A stretch of DNA of 55,060 nucleotides, counting the filler, from Sphacelaria rigidula (Eukaryota), in the NCBI GenBank assembly GCA_964200075.2. It is 5 parts of 5 records of this genome, joined end to end, with 100 filler letters (N's around TTAATTAATTAA, not from the genome) between each part and the next. Parts side by side here need not be neighbours in the genome. Positions count along the whole stretch, not along the records: positions 33,097 to 44,028 come from CAXNAA020005658.1; positions 44,129 to 55,060 come from CAXNAA020005659.1; 3 more parts are not named here. One strand, written 5' to 3'. Every line of letters starts with the position of its first letter. The stretch's first letter is position 1. This document shows, one piece after another, positions 38,148 to 49,499 of the stretch. The notes below the pieces were generated by a model that saw nothing but the letters and a program-made list of their open reading frames with translations, was not told the DNA's origin and ran no database searches. A program made the translations under genes and the position numbers.

Positions 38148-38660
38148 CTTCGATATATTCTCCGGGCTGATGCGCATTTTGGGTACAGCCTTGCACTTAG
38201 CGACATGGGGGAAGTCGCTGTCCTGCACGAGCTTGAAGTACAGCATGACGATGGGCCCAGTTTGCGACCCGTGTAAGAGCTCACCCTTCCTCGGCTTCAG
38301 ATCTTCACGAGCTTGGGCAGCTGCAGCCTCATCGCCATCTTGAGTAGGCCGTCTGCGATCCCGTTTCCGCAGCAGAATCCGCCGTGGCCCTCTCTGCAGC
38401 ATACCTCGCCTCTGTCCTCTCGGTAGCCTTGACTCTCGCTTTGATGTCCGCCTTCTCCTGAGCAATGGCTGCCTTCGCCTCAGTAAACGCTGCCTTTTGC
38501 GCAGCTTTCGCCTCAGCAAACGCCGTCTTTGCGCAGCAAGGTCGGCCTTCTCCTCGAGAAGAGCTGCCTGTTGCGAAACAGCGGCTGTCATGTCTGCGGC
38601 AACTGCTGCCTTGTTTGCATCCACGGCTGTCTTCTCTGCAGCCACGGCTTCTTCACGTCT
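38148..38660 (-). pseudogene. Frameshifted Ala/Glu/Lys-rich coiled-coil-like coding fragment of unknown function
   Basis: AAEKTAVDANKAAVAAD..LLEEKADLAA, then AFAEAKAAQKAAFTEAKAAIAQEKADIKAR in another frame; ends at AAG|GTAAG. Confidence 0.35.
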
Positions 38661-41051
38661 TTATATCTCCTTCCTTTCGATGTACACGTGTGGCTTGTCT
38701 CTTCTCGCCACTTTTGGAGCAGTGCCAGGAGGCGCTGCTGTTTCCCTACCTCTCTTGCGAGGCACAGCTGCGGGACACGCCGTGGTCTGGAGACCCCCAC
38801 TTCAGTTGGGCATATCTCCAGCGCATTTTCAAAGTTTGAAAAACGGTTTCAAGAGCTCCCTCGGTCATATTCCAAGATTTTCATCGATATGTTGTGTGCG
38901 TGTTTCTTCAGGGATGTGGGGACGGCGTTCCTCCTCCCGTACACAAAACAGTGCTGTCATAATCAACATGATCTCTTGCGATACGCCTGAGGACGAAACC
39001 ACCATCGTTGGAAAGCCACAGTTGCCAGCTTCCGCACGGTGTGCCCAATGCATATCACTGCACATGCCATCCCATTGGTTTTGTCTGAAAACTGCAGATA
39101 GAAATATCGTGCAGACGGGTATGACTAAAATCATCATTCGCACATCTTTCCTTGAAATTTTGTTTTCGCGCGTTTTTGTTCCTCTTAACGATGTTATTCC
39201 ATAAAAGTGGATGTACTGTGTAGCAGACGGGGGTTGATGGCTCTCGGGTGAGGGAGTCCTTCGTGGGAATCACACAGGTACAAAGCGGTTGTTCATAGGA
39301 AATGATCTTCGTGGATGATGTCTAGGGGTCCAGAAATATGGAAAGTCAGGAACGTGCTCTCCACATGGCCAGTACAGACGAACTATTTACTGCTTTTTAA
39401 AGTGCGCAGTGAATACAGCTAATTTAACGGTAGCATTTGTGGAGAGTACTTCTTGAGAGCAGAAACACACCGCTCACGGGGTCATCTGACATACCCGAGG
39501 ATCCGTCGAAAAAGATTACTCAACTTATCACGGGCATATCCAACAGGCGCTTTCGTGCGTGATTTTTTTCACCAGACGCCAAACTACGATGTGATTTTTC
39601 CTGTGGTTTTTATTACATCATTCTGTAACAATCGAATCGATAGGCCAAAACAGCTGGTGAGGTCGCCGTCGGGCGGGGGCCTCACAATATCTGAGCCCTG
39701 TCTACGATTCAGAGGAAAACGTCCGAGGTGCCCATGTCATTTTGTCTTCACAGCAGAGAGAGAGAGAGAGGGGGGGGGGGGCAGGTAAAGAGCAAAACAC
39801 ACGAAAATTTTCAAGTCTTTTACGGAACCCAGCCCATGCTGCCTTCGACACACAAGGCATCCCGAAGGGCCACAAGGACATCAGCATGGCCGCGATGAAC
39901 AGCCATGCACGATAATATTGAGGGGAGTGAGGTTACAAGTGCATGTACATCGAGATCACGCGGGCGTCGCCTGCGTTAAAGGTGTGCGTGTTACCTGCTG
40001 GAATCGATCTTACATGTATTACCCCCTGCAGAGCTCTGTGAAGTCGACAACGGTATACCAACACCGGTGCTACATACGGAGGATATCACCCGGCGTGATG
40101 AGGCTGCCCCACCTAGATTTATTCGCAACTTACAGCGGCCACGCCGCCGAGGGCTACGTTCCTCCATCTGTCTCAAAGAAATTTTCTGCTGAATGGGACC
40201 TTACGATGGTGGTGCGGGATCTTCTTGACAACGGAAAACAATATATACCGTGTGAACAGGTGATGAGACTTGCACGGACACTTGTAGGAATATTTCACGT
40301 GATTGACCCCCCCCCCCCCCCCCCCCCCCCCCCCCTTCCCCCCACCTCCCCACCCCCCCCTCCCACCCCACCCCCCCTCTTCCCACACGTCCAACTGNNN
40401 NNNNNNNGGAGGAGACTTGCCGCGACCCTTGTGGGAATTTTTCACGGGATTGCCCCCCCCCCCCCCCCCGCCCCGCCCTTTTACGAGCCTCTTGGTACGT
40501 CCTTCGACAGGAACAGGACTTTCGTAGAGAATACTTCTAGTTGCCGGCGCGTGGTGAGGATATTTTTGCACCATCGTTCACGTGTATTTTGGGTGTGTTG
40601 GGTCACCAAGCCAACAATTTTTGCTGAAGACATGTTTGTCGGTCAGTAGGTGAACTTTGCTTGCTTTTCACCCACCAGTTTTCGGGTGTGAAACCAAAGT
40701 TGAAGATTTTGGTTACACGCTGAACATGGGGGGATTCATTGCTTCGTCGCCTTGATGTGGGCTGAGACTCCAACCCGGGATCTTCTGCTCAGGACACAGA
40801 GTCATATCATGGTGTGGCCAATGTGAAAGGTTATCGGTCTTCGACAGACACGTGGTACGATTGTTTCTCTTCCATTTGGTGGTGTGCAACGCCTGAGCAA
40901 ATACTTCCCCCCGGAAAAAACACTCCGTCACCCATGGTGGGATGGCATCCCAGCACAAACAGAAGAAGACAGTACATGTCATCACCATGCATGAGAGTTC
41001 GAGCGAGGATTCTTGACTGGCTGGTCTGAGCGCTCCACAGCTTCGAGTCAC

Positions 41052-41175
41052 CTGTTCGATGATGGGTCCAGCATCAAGGTCCGTGGTCGCGTAGTGCGCC
41101 GTCGCACCGATAATCTTCACGCCTCGATCATGTGCTCTGTGATACGGCTTAGCCCCCATGAAGGCTGGCAGAAAG
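41052..41175 (-). CDS. purU: Internal exon of formyltetrahydrofolate deformylase
   Basis: (S)[41 protein letters not shown] bounded by CAG| and |GTGAC; characteristic PurU C-terminal motif. Confidence 0.92.
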
Positions 41176-41289
41176 CTGTGTTAAAGCGGCGTGGGGCGAC
41201 AAGCACATGAACAAAGCAAACAGGAGGTTTGAAAAATTCCGAAGCATCTACAGTTTGCAAAATAACACCAGATAGCAATACCCACATTC

Positions 41290-41592
41290 TGGACAATACA
41301 AATTGTAATAACAATACGTACATATATATATTGCCCGGCCAATATGTCGACGCGTCGCGTTTTCGACATAGTTTCGCCAATCGATATGATGGCACGAGGG
41401 ACAGGTCGAAATATTGTGCTTCGTCACTATGGCAATGGTCGCGGCATGCAATATTGATATATATATTTATACCCAGCGAACAATATATAACGACACCCGC
41501 CATCTCGATATATATATTGATCGTCTAATATGTTAGTTCGGTAAGGCACCAATATGTAGCTGTCAAGGAATATACTGACTGTCACATGAGGT

Positions 41593-41626
<34 letters not shown>

Positions 41627-42645
41627 CACACAACCTACACAATAGAACATTTTGTCACAGAGTGTACTGCGCTCAGTATCGACTATTGCGTCTATTGCGT
41701 TAGACAATAGATTCAATACTGTACTCAGTACACTTTTTGGCAATGTGATCTATTGACGATTCAATATACTCAACAACCGACGTGGTACTTTATATTGCCA
41801 CCCCGACATGTCGTGCGTCAATGTGTGCAATATATATTGGGCGAACAATACACGAGAGAATCGACCGTCACAACATATGTAGTGGAGCAATATATATTTC
41901 TGGTTCAATTTGTACATTGGACACTGTACAGGAATCAATATGAGGGGCACTTTTGTGTTCGCGGGTGCCAACGGAATATGTATAACCAGATGCCGAAAAC
42001 GCTCAATATATTCCTTCGCGAGCGTACCGAATATATACATTGGCTGCACAAAAGCTATTCGATAAGCGTGCGCAATATATATATTGTAAAAACGATACTC
42101 GTACTCTTGCACGGCTCGTGTTTCAATGCACACTATCGTAACAATATGTTATGCATCGCTTCGACTCGGTATACATCGACATTTCAATGGATACACGGCC
42201 GGCATGAACAAAATAAATACATTGTACGCTTTGTTTCCGGAGCAAGTGCACGTCCAATACAATTCGGCATGCATTGCTTCACGATCATGACACGAGAATT
42301 ATGTATTGTCATTTCAACATCTCCGACATCTCAACAACACACATATTTTGAGCAAAATACTCGCGCTGTTTCCGAATGTAAATGTATACTGGGTGGGTGA
42401 TATATTATCGCACACGCTACCCTGATAGATACTGACTGGGCCATATGTTGTCACCCGCACGGCCACAGTATATATTGACCGGGCGATATGTTGTCACCCA
42501 TGCAACTCCAATACGTATTGGCCGGACAACCTGCCGTCGCCCACACGGTCCCAATTTATGTCGATGAGACAATATGTGTTCAATCCTATGGTACCAATTA
42601 TATCAGGTGGGCAATACGTGTGTAGTCCCAGGCCATCAGTATATA
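41290..42645. repeat. Highly diverged about 43-nt periodic array, consensus CAATATATATTG-N6-CAATATG-N~18
   Basis: Equivalent positions at 42438, 42481, 42524, 42567, 42609; TATTG at 41751, 41793, 41835. Confidence 0.75.
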
Positions 42646-44226
42646 CTTCCTCTGTGCCAGAAGTAAAGTTCCTTATGGGCGTTTAATCGTCTGGGTATTT
42701 CAACGTTGACGATCATCCTATGGTTGGGTTCGTTAGAGAGGTAAAGTGCAGACGAAGGTGATGAAGAAAAAAACACGAGAAAAAAAAACAACTGTTTTCA
42801 TCACTAAAATTATGTCGAAATATACCTCATTTTGACCCTTTTTGATCCATTTACGCCCCATCAGTGACTGATTTTGGACGTTTCAACGTCGAGCATGGCA
42901 ATTTCATGCTAACAAACTGTCGGATGGGGCGTGCGTAGGTTAACCCTTTCGGAACCCTCCCCTCCTGTCCCCGGGCCAAACGCCTCATTATGAGAAAGCC
43001 CTGACAAAGAGGAAAAGATGGAAGCAGAAAATGCCGACGGCAACCATTATACTCCGTATAATGTAAGACCGAGGAGGAATCCAGTAGCACACGCGGCGGG
43101 TGCAGGAAAATGTCCTCCCTGGAGAGGTCGGATGAGGTTTGTCCAATCATACCACGCAACGGGTGAAGTGTGTCCCATTGTATCCATCGACAACAATCAG
43201 CAAAAACACTGTGAAACATTCCATTCAAAAAACAGCAATGGGTTCCAGGGTCTGGTACGGCACATCGGTGAATAGGAAACCTTCCTTTGTTCCCACTTGT
43301 CACTCGCACGGGTCTGATAAATACGCATTTGGTTAGTGTTGTTGCGTCTGAGCTGTAAAACATCAACCATATATTGCTCAAAAACCGTCAATTGCAAATG
43401 ATCAATTTTCCTTTGTGGGTTCCGAAAGGGTAAACATCACGGACATGTCCAAAATCAATGGTGCTTTCGCGATTTTCTCATTTTCTGGCCCATTTTTTGC
43501 CATTGTTCGTGTTCGCGGGTCTCTCATGTTTCCGCGGGAATACGACCAAAGATGGTTATTTTTGGACCGACCTAATTTTTATCGGCCGCGTGGCTGCAGG
43601 AGTCAAGCATCCACGTTGTAGAGAGAATGTTGGTTTTAGCTCAAAAACCGCCGACGAATGCAATAAAAAAATCGAAAATCAAACATCACACCGTCAAGGG
43701 TACGTGCAATTATAAGGACCTTCACGTATGGCACAAAGTATGACGCCGGCAACATGTCGCCATATTCCAAGATAATCGACTAATATGTATGTATGTATGT
43801 ATGTATATATATATATATATTGCAAACATTTTTGATTATCCAGGGTGTGGAAATATCGTATGTGAGGGGCGACGCAGTGCAAAAACGGCTCAACCCGGGA
43901 AGGCAAAGAAACCGAAAACAGAATACAGCAGAAGCCAGGTACACGACTCAGCCCCTGACGCACAGGCTTCTTCTTGGAACAATGCACGGTTAGGACAAAT
44001 CATCACGACTCAAAATCACCAAATTCACNNNNNNNNNNNNNNNNNNNNNNNNNNNNNNNNNNNNNNNNNNNNTTAATTAATTAANNNNNNNNNNNNNNNN
44101 NNNNNNNNNNNNNNNNNNNNNNNNNNNNCTCGATCGCGTAGATACTTCTTCAGCGCAATTCGCCGACTCTGTGAGCTTACAGCGCTGACCGAAACCGTCA
44201 TTATTATGACGGTTATGGGTTGTCTC

Positions 44227-44431
44227 TGTAATGTGTGAGAGGACCGCGTGCTTAGACGACCGCATCGTATTTCGAGCACCCTTATGTTTAGGGATAGGAT
44301 GAGTGTTGGAGTTAGGGTCAGGGGCGTGGTCCCTGCAGGTACCGGCCCGATTGGTCCTGAACAACGTCTATCCTGAGGTGTTTCGAAGTACGATGCGGTC
44401 CTCTAAGCACGCGGTCCTCTTACGCATTACA
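44227..44431 (+). mobile_element. TGT..ACA MITE (Ginger-like) with degenerate TTAGGG tract, copy 1
   Basis: About 40-bp TIR TGTAATG.GTGAGAGGACCGCGTGCTTAGA; flanks GTCTC/GTCTT. Confidence 0.8.
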
Positions 44432-45253
44432 GTCTTGGTATCTGGTACTTGTAATTACGGAGTAGAAGAATCGTTTCGACTTCCAGTACCTGTCAGTACC
44501 GAGCAAGTAGATCGTCTCAACATCTGATACCTCAAGTGCCGAGCGTCACTTCGTCGATGCGGTCATGACATCGTAAGCGCCGACACCTCCCTAAAATACA
44601 CGAGTGCCAACTCTTCCCACCGCAACCCCCATGCAAGAGTAACGCAAGTAACGGGTGCCTGTTTTGTTTTTAACCATCACGTTCCTTCTTTTCGAGGCAC
44701 ACTGTGTCGTCGTAGTGTCGCCCCGGTCTTTTCGCCTGGCTCACTACCGCTGTCTCGATAAATGCGCAGCCCAGATTTGCTCGGGGCGCGGTCTTAGCAT
44801 TCATGAACTCCGTGTCGTCCTCCTGGCGCGTCGGTACTGGGGTGTTTGAATTCTGCCGCGGTCCAGAACACATATATGCAGTTGTAAGGCTCATTATTAT
44901 CAAATACATGTTTTTTTTTATCAGTTCTCAAGTTTAGGAGAGGTCCCAACGGCCCATTATTATCGAGTTGTACTGTTGTTGCTATTAGATATTCAATCAC
45001 GAATAATGTGCTAATTTCGTCGTTTACTTGCGTTCTCCGACAAAATGGAGGACAGGATGATGAGGCCTTGTATGACGTTCAAGGTCATGGTAGACGTCTT
45101 TCTCGCAACCTCTCTGTGAAACGGGCGGGGGGGGCAGCCGGAAAGACGAAGACATGATTTACCGGCCCTCCCAGAATGCAGCAGCAGCACACGCAAAAAC
45201 AAAACCTGACTGTGAAACAATCCGTAAAAAAATAACGGTTCGGACGAATATAT

Positions 45254-46306
45254 CGGGATACGTGACACGTGAACGTGAACGTGACACGTGAACGTGAACG
45301 TGACATGATTCACGTTCGTAAAAGTTAACGTAACGTGGCACGTGACGCGTGTCACGTTTGGAAAATTTACCGTTACGTGAACGTGCCATCTGGAAATTTA
45401 ACGTAACGTGAACGTGACGCTAATTACGTTGAAAAAATTTAACGTGACGTTTCGTCACATGTCACGTAATTTGTAACGTGACATTGTCACGTGTCACCTA
45501 TTATGTAACGTGACATTGACACGTGTCACGTTCGAATGTTACGTTTCACTTTCGTTTTTCTTGGGTACGTCTATCATGAGACCACGGCTGGACCCGTGGG
45601 GGGTCAGTTAAAGTGCGACAATCAATCAATCAATCAATCAAATAAAAAAAATGCGTCATAAACACGTTACATGAAGTGGTGAACACTTCAACTCTGCAAT
45701 GAATTCTGAAACACGCTCTAAGGAAAAACAATAAGGAAGGAACAGAAAAAAAACAGGAACAGAAAAAAAACAGGGTTCGAACAGAACGACATAGCCGAGT
45801 AACAAGCCGTGAAAAAACAAATAAAAAATCAACACAAGCAAAGCACAGAAAGAAATGTCCGACCTAAAAGAAGAAAAAGGAAAACAAGAAGAAGTACAAA
45901 GCAAATAAAATAAGATATAATGAAACGATGGAACTATATATATATATATATATATGTGTGTGCGTGTAACGTGTAACGCAATTTGTAACGTTTCATGTCA
46001 CGTGTGTCACGTATAATTCACGCGCCACGTACAATATACGTGTAACGTATAATATACGTGACACGTGACATGAAACGTTACATAATACGTAATTTGAACG
46101 TTTGGGCAATTTAACGTAACGTGACACGTGACGCGTGTCACGTTCGTAAATTTAACGTTACGTGAACGTGCCATCTGGAAATTTAACGTAACGTGAACGT
46201 GACGTTGATCACGTTGAAAAACATTGACGTGAACGTAACGTGACGCACAAAACGTAACGTCCACGTCACGTGTCCCGCTGTGTCACTTGTCACGTATCCC
46301 TCCTTG
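45254..46306. mobile_element. ACGT-rich hAT-like element related to 27277-27709, interrupted at about 45560-45960 by a (CAAT)n-tailed retroelement end and an A-rich tract
   Basis: GGGATACGTGACAC ... GTCACGTATCCCTCCTTG; block 45320-45440 repeated at 46110-46225. Confidence 0.7.
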
Positions 46307-46409
46307 CTTAAATCCAACATTTGGACGTATAAATCATACGATTCGTCCATCATTTTTAGTTTGTACATTGTTTGGGTCCGTGATTCAAACGACACCACTT
46401 GAAGTGTAT

Positions 46410-46713
46410 TGTGACGATTTATAGGCAACCGATTAGACTACCGTACAGTCAGCGCTGACTGTATGGTAGTCTAACCGGTTGTGCAATGCGTGAGAGGACC
46501 GCGTGCTTAGAGGACCGCATCGAAATTTGAACATTCCCATGGTTAGGGTTAGGGTTAGGGTTGGTGTTGGGCTTAGAGTCAGGGGCGTGGTACCTGCAGG
46601 GACTGGCCCCATTGGTTTTGAAAAACATCGATCCTACGGTGTTTTGAACTACGGCGCGGTTCTCTAAGCACGCGGTCCTCTCACGCATTACAGGTTGCCT
46701 ATATATCGTCACA
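46410..46713. repeat. 88-bp palindromic element interrupted by MITE copy 2 (46482-46692, TSD GGTTG)
   Basis: Removing the MITE and one GGTTG restores the palindrome seen at 47010-47097; the MITE carries GGTTAGGGTTAGGGTTAGGG. Confidence 0.85.
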
Positions 46714-47009
46714 AACGTTTGTCGCTGGTTCGATTCCCGTCGGACGCGCTTTCTTTGAAGAAAAAGAGGGAAACCCTACCTCCGGTGAAAAAAAGAGGGT
46801 GATGGGGGAGAGTCCAATCCCCGAGTTGACTGCTAGGGACCCCAGTGCATATACTCTGGAAATCAGTGGGGGAGACGAGTAACTCCGAATGGATACGCGT
46901 GGCAACATTAGACCGATACCGTGAGTGCGAACAGTTCAACAGCGCTGGCAAGGGGAGTCGCCCTACCCGGAGTGAAAGTGACGGGGATCGAGCCCCCACG
47001 ACTAACTTT

Positions 47010-47097
47010 TGTGATGATTAATTGGCAACCGATTAGACTACCGTACGGTCAGCGCTGACTGTACGGTAGTCTAATCGGTTGCCTATAAATCGTCACA
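47010..47097. repeat. 88-bp near-perfect palindrome with TGT..ACA ends
   Basis: GGCAACCGATTAGACTACCGTAC.GTCAGCGCTGAC.GTACGGTAGTCTAATCGGTTGCC. Confidence 0.9.
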
Positions 47098-47172
47098 TTA
47101 CACATTCTGAGTTTGTGATTCGTGCGATACACAGTCCAAGGAAAATATTTTTTATCTTCTTTTCATACAGCG

Positions 47173-47690
47173 TGAATCATGGACACACCTTCATCCCCAT
47201 TAGTTTATGCGGGGTGAATCAGGTGTACATGTTGCCCACCCTTTAGTTCATCCAGGATAAATCGTAGGAACATGTCTTCCACCATGCATTCGTGCAATAT
47301 GAATGATCGGTAAATGTCCTCCACCTGTCAGTTCATGCGACGTCAATCGCATAAACATCTCTCCGAAGTGTAATTCGTGCGAGATAAATGAATTATACAT
47401 GTTGCCCACCCTTCATTTCATGCAGGATGAATCATGGGCACATGTTCCCCCGCACCATCCATTTGTACGGTATGAATCGTTGGTACATGTCTTTCACCTG
47501 TCATTTGATAGGGCGTGAATCACATACTGTATACATTTCTCCCACATGTCATTCGCGTGAGATGAGCGAAGTACACATGTTTCCCACCTTCCATTTATAA
47601 CAGATGAATCATGGGTACTACATATCCCTCATCTTTAGTTCATGCGGGATGGATCATGAGTATGTGTTTCTCACCAGCGACTCGTACATG
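47173..47690. repeat. Diverged 42-47-nt periodic array (12 units), consensus TGAATC-N~6-ACATGT-N3-CCACC-N~6-TTCATGC
   Basis: Unit starts 47173, 47215, 47258, 47300, 47343, 47385, 47428, 47473, 47516, 47563, 47605, 47650. Confidence 0.8.
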
Positions 47691-47837
47691 GACCATGATT
47701 CAATCGTGTTTTCTAATCCTGATTCGTGTTAGACAACCTGAAGTGTACCCAGTCCTAGTCCATGATTCGTGCGCTTTGAATATTCAGCTTCACCATCCAC
47801 TATTAGTATAGGGTGACTCTTTCGTACATGAATCACG

Positions 47838-48260
47838 CTCAACATTCATGAGGAGTCAACACGTGTGAAGTCCGACTTGTCCGAACCGTGCAAAAACTGC
47901 AGTATGCTTGCTTTTTGTCAGTTATATGCGCAGATACATCCACCACACCACCTCCTATAGATGTTATAGATATGATTCGCGCACAACATTCATGAGGAGT
48001 CAACCCGTGTGAAGTCCGACTTGTCCGAACCGTGCAAAAACTGCAGTATGCTTGCTTTTTGTCAGTTATATGCGCAGATACACCCACCACATCACCTCCT
48101 ATATATAGACGTTGTAGATATGATTCGCGCTCAACATTCATGAGGAGGCATCCCGTGTGAAGTCTGATTTGTCCGAACCGTGCAAAAACTGCAGCATGCT
48201 TGCTGTTTGTCAGTTATATGCGCAGATACACCCACCACACCACCTCCTATAGACGTTACA
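47838..48260. repeat. About 146-bp tandem repeat, 3 copies
   Basis: CAACATTCATGAGGAG at about 47840, 47984 and 48132 with near-identical bodies. Confidence 0.9.
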
Positions 48261-49499
48261 GATTGTGCGGTAGCGAAAACTCGTAGCAGCACAGCAGGAG
48301 AGTAGGCCCCTACTGGATTGTTTCTACTCTTCACTTCGAAAGTGCGAATGTCCGGAAACGATAACCACCGTGCTTGACTCCAACAGCTCCACCACCGCTG
48401 CCGACGCACAGAACGTCCAAGAAGATGGACACCGCCAACCCACGGCGCTTTTTACTCTGTGACATGGCCCGGGGTGTCATTGGCAACGTTTCTGATGACT
48501 TTCGCACGCTTACGAGCGCCACGGCGTGCTCGCAGGGCAGCGCTGCGACGTGTTGCGCTGCAGTCCGAAATATTCAAGCTTCTCCCGACGTGAAGCTTCG
48601 GACAGAAATCAAGCCACATCGTTTTCGGCGAAGATTATAGTATCAAGCATTATGTGCTTCATACCATAACCTTTGGACCTACACAGAGCAAAATGAACTG
48701 AATCACTTCCGCCGCACGAACTCGTTCAAGTCGAAAACAAAATGATGAGACACGGTCTGACTGTATCTTAACAGAGGAATGACCCCCTGATGTGATGCCC
48801 CAATGCATAAAGCTCTTTAATATAAATATATTCAGTAGCAACTCGGCCTTCCGAGGGACACCTTCGCATAACAAACGCCGACGCGTCTGCGCTCCAAATC
48901 CAATAGCTCTTTTGTAGACGCTCGATCAGGGCAAATGTGTGTTACGCGGGGAAACGCCCTGAAACTCCCCATGCCCCACAAAGTAGCTTGAGCGGCTTCA
49001 CCCGACGTACGTACAAACACATTATTACGGAAACCATTATCTGAAACGCCTGTTCGATATCTTGTAGAGATGGGACCTTCCTTGTTGACGACGTGTCCTC
49101 TGCGGGTCGTGTAGTTGGATACACTTGTATTAACATAGGTTGAGGGATGAGGCGATAAAGATGTGTCCGAAGGATACAATTCCAGACTTCAACACATACA
49201 AAATGCACTTCTCTCATTGCTCCGCCTGTGGGTTCCAGCACCATGTGTCCGTCACAAAGCAATGTTTGTTAGATATAATAAGCCAAGCTAACTATGTCCC
49301 TGGCTCTTCTATTTCCAACAAGCAATCAATGCTTCAATGTTGTAACACAACAGTCATGACGAATCGATCACAATATTTCAGTAACGATACGGTGAAGCCT
49401 ATTTTACAGGACAAAGCAGAACGCATGTTTCCACGATACGATAGTAATGGAAGGAAAATAAAAATATTCTAAATCAGACATCTTGCCACTTCCTTCAAC

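Noticed and set aside
39918..40649. 243-aa ORF with IFHGIAP, reminiscent of RecQ4
   Set aside because: The motif is in a low-quality duplicate next to poly-C runs and an N gap; likely an assembly artefact.
41753..42400. 215-aa ORF inside the 43-nt array
   Set aside because: The period is mostly not a multiple of 3 and QY repeats simply reflect CAATAT; not credible as protein.
46541..46560. True telomere
   Set aside because: Only about three units, internal to a MITE.
41290..47690. Canonical CRISPR arrays
   Set aside because: Repeats are too degenerate, variable parts too short, no cas genes, eukaryotic context.
48330..49470. Possible decayed coding region next to the Copia element
   Set aside because: Many stops and no motif I can identify.
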